From Minisyncoccia bacterium (GTDB lineage Bacteria > Patescibacteriota > Minisyncoccia > 2-02-FULL-40-12 > IGHO2-01-FULL-4-A): a stretch of 64,000 bases of DNA. Both the position numbers and the translations under genes were made by a program. Of this stretch, positions 25,461 to 33,666 are shown piece by piece (the first letter of the stretch is position 1; each line of letters opens with the position of its first letter). The stretch spans positions 454-64,453 of the forward strand of contig JBEKBN010000006.1 in assembly GCA_050015375.1 (NCBI GenBank). The letters run 5' to 3'. The notes under the pieces are model-generated. The model had not been told where the DNA came from. It worked only from the letters and a program-made list of their open reading frames with translations, and ran no database searches.

Positions 25461-25645
25461 CGAGCCCCTCACTTCCCGACCTGGGCTCACCGGATTACTT
25501 TCCGGGGACTTCGCATCGCCCAGCGAGCGATTTGCTCATCCGGTTGTCGGTTGCCGTCGCTGACTTGATCACAAGTCAGACCGTGCCGACGGCACCGACA
25601 ACGGCCCCTGAAAGCAATCCAGTTCGCAGAAAGTGAGGGGCTCGC
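25460..25645. repeat. GC-rich 186-bp element bounded by a perfect 14-bp inverted repeat (GCGAGCCCCTCACT / AGTGAGGGGCTCGC); candidate structured RNA or MITE
   Basis: Starts at the lepA stop codon. The interior has nested hairpins (CTGACTTG-ATCA-CAAGTCAG, GTGCCGACGGCAC). GC content is far above the local average. Confidence 0.5.
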
Positions 25646-25696
25646 TTCTGCTTTACATTCCGCCAATTCTTGCAGGTATTGCATAAATATGTGATT

Positions 25697-25725
25697 CGTG
25701 GTAGTATATGGAAATCGCAATGAAA
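25697..25725 (+). promoter_or_regulatory. sigma-70-like promoter (TTGCAT-17 nt-TGgTAGTAT)
   Basis: Consensus-like -35, 17-nt spacer and extended -10, located 64 nt upstream of the 25789 ORF. Confidence 0.5.
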
Positions 25726-25788
25726 GCATTCGGTTTTGAGCAATAAATGAGCCGAAAAGCTCTTTGAAAAAAGGAAGGAGAAACTCAG

Positions 25789-26322
25789 ATGGTAACATTT
25801 ATTGTCTTGGCCGTAGTTGGTGTTATGGTAGGCGTTGCTTCTCAAAAGGGCTGTGGCCGAGGAGAAAAGGTTTTATTTGGGTTTGTGGGGCTGGTGTTTG
25901 GTTTGCTACTGGCAGTGGTTACCGCTCTTAAGATTGGGGCGTTATTGCCAAATTATCACGAGACCCAAGTCATCGAAAAAACTGAGCTTGTGGCGTTAAA
26001 TAACGGAACAACTATTGAGGGAAGATTTTTTCTCGGGTCCGGCCAAATCGATTCTCAGCCTGCTTACTTTTTCTACTACAAGGTTGCTAATGGTGGAATA
26101 AAACTTGGAACCTTGTCAGCAGAAGGTGTCACAATATTTGAGGAAAAGCGAAGTGATGCCTATATGGAAAAATCGAGCGAAGAGGATTATCCTAAAATAA
26201 CCGGAATTTGGGGATATCTCACATTTCCTGGCGTAACACGTAAGTGGGAGTGCGTAAACTTTCATATCCCAGAAGGCAGTATCCAGAGAAGTTTCGACTT
26301 GGATTTGAAGAACATGAGGTGA
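25789..26322 (+). CDS. hypothetical membrane protein
   Basis: SD AAGGAAGGAG. Two N-terminal TM helices followed by a soluble domain. No known motif. Confidence 0.5.
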   Translation: MVTFIVLAVVGVMVGVASQKGCGRGEKVLFGFVGLVFGLLLAVVTALKIGALLPNYHETQVIEKTELVALNNGTTIEGRFFLGSGQIDSQPAYFFYYKVANGGIKLGTLSAEGVTIFEEKRSDAYMEKSSEEDYPKITGIWGYLTFPGVTRKWECVNFHIPEGSIQRSFDLDLKNMR

Positions 26323-26477
26323 TGTCCAACTCGGCCATCTCAAAAACCCAGCCCGGCGGGAAACCGTCAGGCTTTTTTGTTGCTGGAGTTGACGCTGTGA
26401 TGGTTGTAGTATACGATAAACGGAGTTCCTGTTGGTAGCTAACGATTTCCATTGACCCTTTTGAAAGGAGAAGCACC

Positions 26478-27107
26478 TTGAAATATCAACTGGCAATGTT
26501 TGATTTGGATGGCGTTTTGATGGAAACGAGAGATGTGGCCTATCGGGCGTGCGTCGAGATATTTGAGACATACGGCGTTCCGCCGCCTCCTCGGAATGTT
26601 TTTTTCGCGGAAGTGGACGGCGATTACATGGAGTTCTATTGGAAATACGGAATTCCCAGAACCGCCTCAAAAAAAGATCTAAACGCCATTTTCAATCGCC
26701 GATATCGGGAAGAAAAAGACAAAATTCAGGCGCGGAATGGAACCAGGTCCATGCTTTCACTTTGCCGGCTCAAAAACATGAAGACGGCTATTGTCAGCGG
26801 TTCAACTAGGTATATCTGCGATCTTTTCGCTTCGTCGGAACAATTGGATCATCAATTTGATTTCATTGCCGCCAATGCCGCCAAAGCGATCGCGATACAA
26901 GCCGTAATGGGGAAATTCAAGATTGAACCCCGTCACGCGTTTTTCGTGGATGATGCGGTCAGCGGGATCAAGGCGGCGAAATCGTGCGGAGTCTTTTCCG
27001 TCGGTATCTTCGGCGGTTTCAGCGAACGCGAAGCCATTGCCAACGCAAAGCCAAGTCTGATGATCAACGAGATGGGCGAACTCTGGCAACTCATCCGAAA
27101 GCCATAA
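26478..27107 (+). CDS. HAD-superfamily hydrolase
   Basis: Motif I FDLDGVL at the N-terminus and a C-terminal DD motif (FFVDDAVSG). Confidence 0.75.
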   Translation: MKYQLAMFDLDGVLMETRDVAYRACVEIFETYGVPPPPRNVFFAEVDGDYMEFYWKYGIPRTASKKDLNAIFNRRYREEKDKIQARNGTRSMLSLCRLKNMKTAIVSGSTRYICDLFASSEQLDHQFDFIAANAAKAIAIQAVMGKFKIEPRHAFFVDDAVSGIKAAKSCGVFSVGIFGGFSEREAIANAKPSLMINEMGELWQLIRKP

Positions 27108-27206
27108 GGTTTTGAAAACCACAAGCTCGGTTCAACCCGGGCTTTTTTGTTGCAAAAAAATCCCCCGCAAAGCGAGGGAAGTGACTGGCGATTTTGATTC
27201 GGGAAA

Positions 27207-27419
27207 TTATTGTATGCCATGGATTCGGCGGAAATGGGCGCGGTGGCTGGCTTTGCGGCGGTTGTCTCTTTCTTTTCGCCGTTGAGTCCGAGTGCGCGAT
27301 GAAGGGATTGGGCTCAGCTGGCCTTTTGTTTTTTTCAGGCCCAAGTCGGCATCATCCATATCAATGTCACCCCTTTTTCCTAAACCGAAGACTTCAATAC
27401 CTGGAAACATCGTGTTCAT
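27207..27419 (-). CDS. small hypothetical protein with an acidic N-terminus and an Arg/Lys-rich tail (70 aa)
   Basis: Strong SD AAAAAGGAGAAAT on the minus strand immediately before the ATG. A minus-strand hairpin plus U-run terminator lies downstream at about 27160-27195. Confidence 0.4.
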   Translation of the reverse strand: MNTMFPGIEVFGLGKRGDIDMDDADLGLKKTKGQLSPIPSSRTRTQRRKERDNRRKASHRAHFRRIHGIQ

Positions 27420-27448
27420 GATTTCTCCTTTTTGTGCTCGTTGAACCG

Positions 27449-27799
27449 CTAATCGCCCAAATCAATATGATGGCGTAATTTGGGCTCTGGTAAACCCAAT
27501 CTTCGGAAAATGGGCGGAACTCGTAATTGGATCTCGGTAATTTCTAAAGTTAGATCATCGTCAAAATAGTTCTCGCTGTCCAAATCTGTATTCCAGTGCA
27601 ATTCCTTTACTTCAACTCCGAAGCCAACCGACACACCACTCATAAAAATATCTCGGAAAATGACACCACCATTCTCAAGACCATCCAATTCTTCTCTGAC
27701 AGCATCAATTAATTCAACGGTTGTCTGAGGCAATTTGGAGTTGTCGATCTCGTCATTTTCAACACCAATCCACAGAACCCATCTCGCATATGTACCCAT
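27449..27799 (-). CDS. hypothetical acidic protein (116 aa)
   Basis: RBS GAGGAAAAACC before the ATG. In tandem with the 70-aa gene and divergent from the P-loop gene. Confidence 0.45.
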   Translation of the reverse strand: MGTYARWVLWIGVENDEIDNSKLPQTTVELIDAVREELDGLENGGVIFRDIFMSGVSVGFGVEVKELHWNTDLDSENYFDDDLTLEITEIQLRVPPIFRRLGLPEPKLRHHIDLGD

Positions 27800-27887
27800 G
27801 GTTTTTCCTCTTCAAGTAAGTTAAGGAACTCTTGACACATTGTATGCCATGAATTACCATATGTCAAGCACACATAGGAGGCGTGAA

Positions 27888-28820
27888 ATGCAAAAGGAAG
27901 TGGAATCTTTGACAATTAAACCGTCAGATATTGATCTATCGGTGGGTTTAGAAGGTACTTTTGGAAGTTCTGATTATGACGAAGTTGCGGAAGAGCTGGT
28001 TGAACTTGCCCAATTGCAGGGTAGTTGGAATGATTTCAGTGGAGCCAAAATACCCGAGTTTTCTCTTACCTCTCTTTATCTGGACAATGCGTTGGGGGAA
28101 AAATTTGTCATAGACAACCAAGATGGAACTTACTCATTCACTTGTGACTTCATTCGCGATTGTTACAATAAAGTCATGGAAAATAAATTTGACCGTCTAC
28201 AAAAGGAATTTCTGGATGAATTGAGTAAAACCACTCGTCTCATAACGACTTCAAAACAACCATTTGTTTTGGCTCTTATCGGCATTCCGGGTTCCGGCCG
28301 AACTACGATCGGCAGATATCTTGCTCCAAAATTGCATGCCAAATTGATTCAGGCAAATTCGGCTCGAAAAATTTTAAAAGATGCGAATTTGCCTTGGGGC
28401 GACAATGTCAGGGAGATTCTTCGGAGGGTGGGGAAAGTTGTCCTTTCCGAAGGATACAACCTTATTTTGGATGGCAACGCTCTTGAAGAAAAGGACCGGA
28501 AAAATATTGCCGAAATGGCGGGATTAAAATCCGGCGTCAAAGTTTTCTATATCCGAGTCAGAATTGGTCTGGAGAATGCCTGCCAGCGAGAGAAAGAGAA
28601 GTACAACAATCCGAAATGGATTTCGTCATTCGATGATTTTCGGGTCAGCGACGATACCGAAAAAATGGTCCAAAACGTGCGAGACAGATTTCCCGTCGAG
28701 CAAGCTCTAAAATCCGGAGACATTCCGAACTTGATCGGCGAAGTTGACAACGACGACTCGCTGGATCGGACCTACCGCCAGCTGGATGTTCTTATTTGCA
28801 AGATGAGAAATTTACGCTAG
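27888..28820 (+). CDS. P-loop NTPase/kinase-like protein (zeta-toxin/AAA_33-like) with an atypical Walker A GIPGSGRTT
   Basis: SD AGGAGG before the ATG at 27888. LALIGIPGSGRTTIGRYLA is a P-loop with Arg in place of the usual Lys. An acidic N-terminal domain of about 130 aa precedes it. Confidence 0.55.
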   Translation: MQKEVESLTIKPSDIDLSVGLEGTFGSSDYDEVAEELVELAQLQGSWNDFSGAKIPEFSLTSLYLDNALGEKFVIDNQDGTYSFTCDFIRDCYNKVMENKFDRLQKEFLDELSKTTRLITTSKQPFVLALIGIPGSGRTTIGRYLAPKLHAKLIQANSARKILKDANLPWGDNVREILRRVGKVVLSEGYNLILDGNALEEKDRKNIAEMAGLKSGVKVFYIRVRIGLENACQREKEKYNNPKWISSFDDFRVSDDTEKMVQNVRDRFPVEQALKSGDIPNLIGEVDNDDSLDRTYRQLDVLICKMRNLR

Positions 28821-28828
28821 ATGGCATC

Positions 28829-28859
28829 AGCCGAACGCTCCCGCGTCTCGGCTTTTTTC
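28829..28859 (+). terminator. Rho-independent terminator
   Basis: AGCCGAACGC-TCCC-GCGTCTCGGCT followed by T6. Confidence 0.65.
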
Positions 28860-28922
28860 TTGCAAAAATCAGCTGGCTGTGGTAAAAAAGCATATCTTTT
28901 ACAATCAGAAAAGGAGGCCGAA

Positions 28923-29399
28923 ATGGCTGAGAAAAAACGAATCGCGGAAAACATCGTGATTCCCGAGAATATTAAGTTGAGTCAGATGTGCAAAATTGAG
29001 CCGAAAAACGTGAAACTTACTGGCGTCAAAATGCCTGAAGGTGTTGCCTACTTGATTAGGGTCGGAAGGAACTCGAGATTTAATAATTATATCAATTTGG
29101 AACTGCACATCATCTCAAAAGGAAAAGTAAAAACCATTCGCATTTTAGGAATGCTTACAGTCCAGCAGTTGCCTCAAAATGTTCTCGTGCCCTTCCGATT
29201 GCTTTGCGATTTTAAGAACAGCTCATTCAGGAGCGACATGATGTCGATCGCCGCCTTTGCCATAGCCCGGACCGCCAAAATCGAATTTTGCAAACTGAAA
29301 GAACCGATTGCCTACGAAACCGAATATTACTGCAAGTTCTCGGTCGGGAGTTTCAGCTGGGCGTCTCGGATCGGTCCGTCGTATTTCCTGGAAAGATAA
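28923..29399 (+). CDS. hypothetical protein (158 aa)
   Basis: SD AAAAGGAGG before the ATG at 28923. The track's 28821 start overlaps the terminator. No recognised domain. Confidence 0.5.
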   Translation: MAEKKRIAENIVIPENIKLSQMCKIEPKNVKLTGVKMPEGVAYLIRVGRNSRFNNYINLELHIISKGKVKTIRILGMLTVQQLPQNVLVPFRLLCDFKNSSFRSDMMSIAAFAIARTAKIEFCKLKEPIAYETEYYCKFSVGSFSWASRIGPSYFLER

Positions 29400-29401
29400 C
29401 A

Positions 29402-29422
29402 GCCCCCAACGGGGCTTTTTGA
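29402..29422 (+). terminator. Rho-independent terminator
   Basis: AGCCCC-CAAC-GGGGCT followed by T5. Confidence 0.65.
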
Positions 29423-29638
29423 TTGGTGGCCTAAAATGGGCTATAATAATGAGTCAGCGAAGGAGTGGGATAAGCAAAAACATGATAGAGGAAGCTATTG
29501 TTAAAATGGCAACGGTGATGGCGATGATTCGAATGGTTTTTTTGGACATGGCGGTGAATAGCGAGTAACCAATAGCAAATAGGGAACGACCGACAGTTCA
29601 ATATTATAATATTTTGAAAACTTCGGCAATATTTTAAC

Positions 29639-30022
29639 ATGTTGAAAACTATTTTCCAATCCAAGTGGTTCACACCGGTTCTTCTGGTTTTACTTGTTGT
29701 CATCGGCGTGGGGGTATATAAAATTTTACCGACGGTCATTATTGCCCGGAAAGAAATTTCCACTCTCAACCAAAAGATCGCCGATGCCGAAAATTCCATC
29801 GCCCAACTCGAGCAAAACAAAGATTTAGCTAACACCGAATCGTATCTTGAACGCGAAGCCCGGGCGAAATTGAATTACAAAAAACCGGACGAGAAGGTTG
29901 TGTATATTTATCAAAATCAATATAATGGCGTGGCATCATCAAGCCAGCCGAGCCCGACCCCCTCAACCACGCCGAAAACCGACATCTGGGACAGGATTTT
30001 GGACTGGTTTAAAAAGGAATAA
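29639..30022 (+). CDS. septum formation initiator family protein (FtsB/DivIC-like)
   Basis: N-terminal TM, a coiled-coil, and YLEREARAKLNYKKPDEKVVYI matching the FtsB/DivIC C-terminal motif. Confidence 0.6.
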   Translation: MLKTIFQSKWFTPVLLVLLVVIGVGVYKILPTVIIARKEISTLNQKIADAENSIAQLEQNKDLANTESYLEREARAKLNYKKPDEKVVYIYQNQYNGVASSSQPSPTPSTTPKTDIWDRILDWFKKE

Positions 30023-30038
30023 AAAAATATTTAGAATT

Positions 30039-30109
30039 GCGGGATTAGTACAGTGGCAGTACAATTGCTTCCCAAGCAATGGACGCGAGTTCGATTCTCG
30101 TATCCCGCT
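30039..30109 (+). tRNA. tRNA-Gly (anticodon CCC)
   Basis: Acceptor GCGGGAT/ATCCCGC, D-arm GTACAGTGGCAGTAC, anticodon loop TTCCCAA, T-loop TTCGATT. CCA is not encoded. Confidence 0.85.
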
Positions 30110-30269
30110 CAAAAATCAAAAAATTTTTTGATTTTTGAGCGGGTAAGCGAGCAAATTTATTGCTCGCGTCAAGATGAGAACGCCGGAGCGATGTTTCGCG
30201 AGTGATTGGCGAGCGAAACCGCGAGGCGGTGGCTAGACCGAGCCGCCGGAAGGCGGCGAGAGTCGAAGC

Positions 30270-30292
30270 CGATTCTCGTATCCCGCTCAAAA
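30270..30292 (+). repeat. 23-nt direct repeat of the tRNA-Gly 3' end (CGATTCTCGTATCCCGCTCAAAA), an att-like remnant
   Basis: Identical to 30092-30114. The two copies flank a 155-bp hairpin-rich segment. Confidence 0.6.
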
Positions 30293-30300
30293 TTGACAAC

Positions 30301-30373
30301 GCCGCCTTAGCTCAGTTGGTAGAGCAGCACTTTCGTAAAGTGAAGGTCCCCAGTTCGACTCTGGGAGGCGGCT
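30301..30373 (+). tRNA. tRNA-Thr (anticodon CGT)
   Basis: Acceptor GCCGCCT/AGGCGGC, D-arm TAGCTCAGTTGGTAGAGC, anticodon loop TTCGTAA, T-arm CCCAG-TTCGACT-CTGGG. Confidence 0.8.
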
Positions 30374-30432
30374 CACAGTTTTCAATCAAGTTAAACGGTT
30401 CCGTTGCAGGTTCTTTTACAAGGAGGCGACAA

Positions 30433-30987
30433 ATGTGCGAGCGGATAAAACTTAACATTCACGAAAAGGTCGAATTGATCCGGGCCTTTTTCGAAAAGAT
30501 CGAATTGCTTCCAGTAAGAATCGTACCGGGTTCTCTTCCGGCTCAATGTAAGAATATGATCGTTGATTCCGGCTCCGAAAAAGATGTTTGTTTTAATAGC
30601 CTTTTCCTGGCCAATATTTTGATCAAAACATGGAAAAAAATTGGTCGCACAGAAACCATTAATTTAGGCCTGATCGAGCGGATTTTTTGTGATAATTTGA
30701 TGCGAGACCAAATGGGCGGAAAGTCTCCGGATCTGCTGGAAAGGTTTATTTTTTCTGATCCGAGAGAACCTGAAAGGTATAGTCGGCAATTGATTCTGGC
30801 TTTGTTTATGTTAGTTCGGAATCATTTTATCGAGATTAACGGATGCGGTAACATTAGCCGTGGTTCAAGTCCTTTTTTAGAAGCTTATGCGATATGCCTG
30901 ACGCCTCAATGTCCGCCTGACAAACTTTGGCAAGTGGACATGATGGCCGAAGAAATCGCCCGCGCTACAAGACAGGAATTATCCTAA
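30433..30987 (+). CDS. hypothetical protein (184 aa)
   Basis: SD AAGGAGG before the ATG at 30433. The track's 30202 start would run through tRNA-Thr. Confidence 0.5.
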   Translation: MCERIKLNIHEKVELIRAFFEKIELLPVRIVPGSLPAQCKNMIVDSGSEKDVCFNSLFLANILIKTWKKIGRTETINLGLIERIFCDNLMRDQMGGKSPDLLERFIFSDPREPERYSRQLILALFMLVRNHFIEINGCGNISRGSSPFLEAYAICLTPQCPPDKLWQVDMMAEEIARATRQELS

Positions 30988-31048
30988 TAAAACCAGCCAT
31001 CCCCTGCGAGATGGCTTTTTTGTTGAAATATTGATGATGACTGGTAAG

Positions 31049-31342
31049 TCAGTTCTTTATCTTCTCGATGATCTTGTTGGTTTCGAGGATCTTCGGCTGG
31101 GCCAATCGGTAAAAAACCGTGAGCCCCTGCCGGCGGGGAGCGATAATATTAGCGTGGCGCAGGAGCGACAAATGCTGGGACACATTGGCTTTCCGCAAAT
31201 TCAAACCCTTGATCAGATCGGCGACTGCCGTCTCGCCTTTTTTTAAGATATCCAAAATCTCCAGCCGTATCGGGTTGGCCAGGATCTTGTAGAGTTCGGC
31301 TTTTTGCTCGTATTTCTTTTTGTCTTCTTTCGAAACAGTCAT
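31049..31342 (-). CDS. ArsR/SmtB-family transcriptional regulator
   Basis: LANPIRLEILDILKKGETAVADLIKGLNLRKANVSQHLSLLRHANII is an ArsR HTH. Confidence 0.8.
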   Translation of the reverse strand: MTVSKEDKKKYEQKAELYKILANPIRLEILDILKKGETAVADLIKGLNLRKANVSQHLSLLRHANIIAPRRQGLTVFYRLAQPKILETNKIIEKIKN

Positions 31343-31473
31343 AATATCGGATTATTGAATGTATTTCTGAAGATCGTCTGAATACTATCTATACTATACG
31401 AAAGGTTGGTGATTTTGGTGCAACGGTTGACCGGTGATTTTTTGCTGTCGGTATAAATTACGGGGGTCTCGTC

Positions 31474-31517
31474 ATAACATGTAGATATTGACCATATGGT
31501 CAATATCTACATGTTAT
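31474..31517. promoter_or_regulatory. 44-bp perfect palindrome (ATAACATGTAGATATTGACCAT|ATGGTCAATATCTACATGTTAT), putative operator
   Basis: Perfect dyad 30 bp upstream of the PaaX-like gene, in a divergent region shared with arsR. A near-copy is at 32111-32138. Confidence 0.6.
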
Positions 31518-31546
31518 TGTTTTATAGTTTCTGTTATTATGTATTC

Positions 31547-32113
31547 ATGAAGGCGATAAGAAGAGGAACCCTAGCTTTTAAAATTTTAAAAGGCATTGGT
31601 CTAACGGGTTTGTTTTTAATAAGCATGTCGAACCCGCGTTTTGGGGTTCAGTTATTGACGGGATTTAAAGAATATAACAAAAGGGAGAAACAAAAATTCA
31701 GAGAATCGTTATATTATTTGAAAAAAAGAGGATTGGTAAAAATCATAGAAAACAGTAGCGGCGGCTTTACGGCCAAATTGTCAAAGACCGGAGAAAAAAT
31801 GTTGGAATCTATCGACATTGATTGTCTTGAATTGAAAAATAAGGAATTTGATGGAAAATGGCGCGTGGTTATCTTTGATGTTCCGGTCAGATTGAATATT
31901 AAAAGACACGCTTTTACGGAACGACTGAAAACTCTGGGTTTTATCATGGTTCAAAGAAGTGTATGGATTTGTCCGTTTAGGTGCAGAAAAGAACTGGCGA
32001 TGTTAACCCAATTTTACGAAATTGAGAAATACGTCACATATTTAGAAACATCTTTTGTGGATAACGAAGAAGCGTGGAAAAAAGAGTTTTCACTAATCAA
32101 ACTGGTGGCTTAG
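31547..32113 (+). CDS. PaaX-like regulator: N-terminal winged helix plus a C-terminal Cas2-fold domain
   Basis: SLYYLKKRGLVKIIE (wHTH), then GKWRVVIFDVPVRLNIKRHAFTERLKTLGFIMVQRSVWICPF, which resembles the Cas2/PaaX_C motif (YDV..KRR...L...G.R.Q.SV). Confidence 0.5.
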   Translation: MKAIRRGTLAFKILKGIGLTGLFLISMSNPRFGVQLLTGFKEYNKREKQKFRESLYYLKKRGLVKIIENSSGGFTAKLSKTGEKMLESIDIDCLELKNKEFDGKWRVVIFDVPVRLNIKRHAFTERLKTLGFIMVQRSVWICPFRCRKELAMLTQFYEIEKYVTYLETSFVDNEEAWKKEFSLIKLVA

Positions 32114-32138
32114 ATATTCACCATATGGTCAATATCTA
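32111..32138. promoter_or_regulatory. imperfect 28-bp palindrome (TAGATATTCACCAT|ATGGTCAATATCTA), second copy of the operator-like dyad
   Basis: One central mismatch relative to the 31474 dyad. Overlaps the stop codon of the PaaX-like gene. Confidence 0.5.
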
Positions 32139-32217
32139 CACTTGGGGGTGTTGATATTGTGAGCGGATGACATAACCATGTTTCTATAAAAAGAAACACG
32201 GTTTTATTTTCCACAAG

Positions 32218-32246
32218 TTGACGGTGAAATCCATGAACATTATAAT
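32218..32246 (+). promoter_or_regulatory. sigma-70-like promoter (TTGACG-17 nt-TATAAT) upstream of the tasA-like gene
   Basis: Near-consensus -35/-10 about 80 nt upstream of 32327. Confidence 0.5.
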
Positions 32247-32326
32247 TTCGATATAACTAAACAATTTCCGTCGGAGGCGACTTTGACTTAAAGTAAAAGC
32301 CGAGAAAAACGGGAATTTTTCACGAA

Positions 32327-33637
32327 GTGAAAAAAATAATTTTGAGTTTGGCAGTTATCGGCGCGGTTTCGGTCGGCGTCATCGGAGGGACACGCTCTTT
32401 TTTCAGCAATGTCGAAACCTCGACCGGCAATTCTTTCACCGCCGGCGGAATTGATCTGAAGGTCGGGAATGTTAGTTATTACAACGGCGTCGCTTCGGCC
32501 AGCAGTTCCTGGTCGGCCAAGGATTTGGCGGCGGGAGATTTATTTTTTAATTTTTCTAATTTAATGCCCGGCGATATCGGTGAAAATTTAGTTGACCTGA
32601 ATGTCAAAGGCAATGACGCCTATGCTTGCATGACTGTTGCCATTACCGGAACTTCCAAAAACGGCCAGACCGGCGACAACGCAGGCGAATTGCAAAATGA
32701 ATTACATTTCACTTTTTGGGCCGATAACGGCGACAATGTTCTTGAAAGCGATGAAGTGGGCAAAATTTTTGTGGATAATGAAACTCTGGCGCAAATTGCC
32801 AGCAGTCAGGCGAAGATCATCTTAGCTGATTCGACAAAAAATGTTTGGAATACTGCCATGGTTGCCGGTTCGATGACCAGCGGCCAGACATACCACATCG
32901 GCAAAGTATTTTGTTACGGATCGTTGACCCAAGCCCTGGCCGCGCCCGGCATAAACGATCCGACTAAAGTCAGCGGATTTAATTGTAACGGGACATCGGT
33001 GAGTGATGCTTCCCAAACCGACGGTGTTTTGGGAGATATCAGTTTCACGGCGATCCAGTCGAAGAACAACGGTTCCTTCCGATGCAATCCCGTGGCGACA
33101 GTGACGCCGACCCCGACCCCGATTGCAATCTGGAATGATAATTTCGGAATTGGAGATGATAGCAATATAGTTGACAGCTGGGCCAAAACAAATGGTAACA
33201 CCGCCAGTGTCAGCGCTTATGGTACCTATGCCAAAAAGCCAACCACGGGTGATAATTCGGAAAGCCCCGACAATGGGCGGTTTGCACTTATTGCCGGCAA
33301 AGAATGGATTTGCCATCAGGTTGACGCGACGGGCTTGATGGATTTAACTCTTAGTTATTATTGGCGGGGAGATATTGACGCCGGCGTTTTAGATAATGGA
33401 GTAGTTGAATATCTTATTAACGGCGCCTGTGATTCATTAACTGGCTGGACAACTTTGGCAAATCATCAGCTTATCAAAGATGATTCTGGTAAAACCTCTT
33501 GGAGTGCGCTCCAGACCTTGAACTTGCCGGGCGACTTAAATAATACCCAATTTTTGATTCGCTTTCGCAGCAACTCTTCATCTCAAACGAAAAGCTTTCG
33601 AATTGATAACGTGAGCATGACCGGAATTCCAAATTAA
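32327..33637 (+). CDS. TasA/camelysin-like secreted protein with a SipW-cognate signal peptide
   Basis: N-terminus MKKIILSLAVIGAVSVGVIGGTRSFFSNVETSTGNSFTAGGIDL is the TIGR04088-type SipW-cognate signal. SipW is encoded immediately downstream. Confidence 0.7.
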   Translation: MKKIILSLAVIGAVSVGVIGGTRSFFSNVETSTGNSFTAGGIDLKVGNVSYYNGVASASSSWSAKDLAAGDLFFNFSNLMPGDIGENLVDLNVKGNDAYACMTVAITGTSKNGQTGDNAGELQNELHFTFWADNGDNVLESDEVGKIFVDNETLAQIASSQAKIILADSTKNVWNTAMVAGSMTSGQTYHIGKVFCYGSLTQALAAPGINDPTKVSGFNCNGTSVSDASQTDGVLGDISFTAIQSKNNGSFRCNPVATVTPTPTPIAIWNDNFGIGDDSNIVDSWAKTNGNTASVSAYGTYAKKPTTGDNSESPDNGRFALIAGKEWICHQVDATGLMDLTLSYYWRGDIDAGVLDNGVVEYLINGACDSLTGWTTLANHQLIKDDSGKTSWSALQTLNLPGDLNNTQFLIRFRSNSSSQTKSFRIDNVSMTGIPN

Positions 33638-33666
33638 TTCACGGGTTAACTGATTTACCGGTTCAA

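Noticed and set aside
27194-27421. 75-aa plus-strand ORF
   Set aside because: Overlaps a minus-strand ORF that has a strong SD and a downstream minus-strand terminator. The plus-strand product is Gly/Cys-rich low-complexity with no ribosome-binding site.
30202-30432. Track ORF start at 30202 for the 30433-30987 gene
   Set aside because: It would be translated through the tRNA-Gly repeat and tRNA-Thr. The ATG at 30433 has an AAGGAGG ribosome-binding site.
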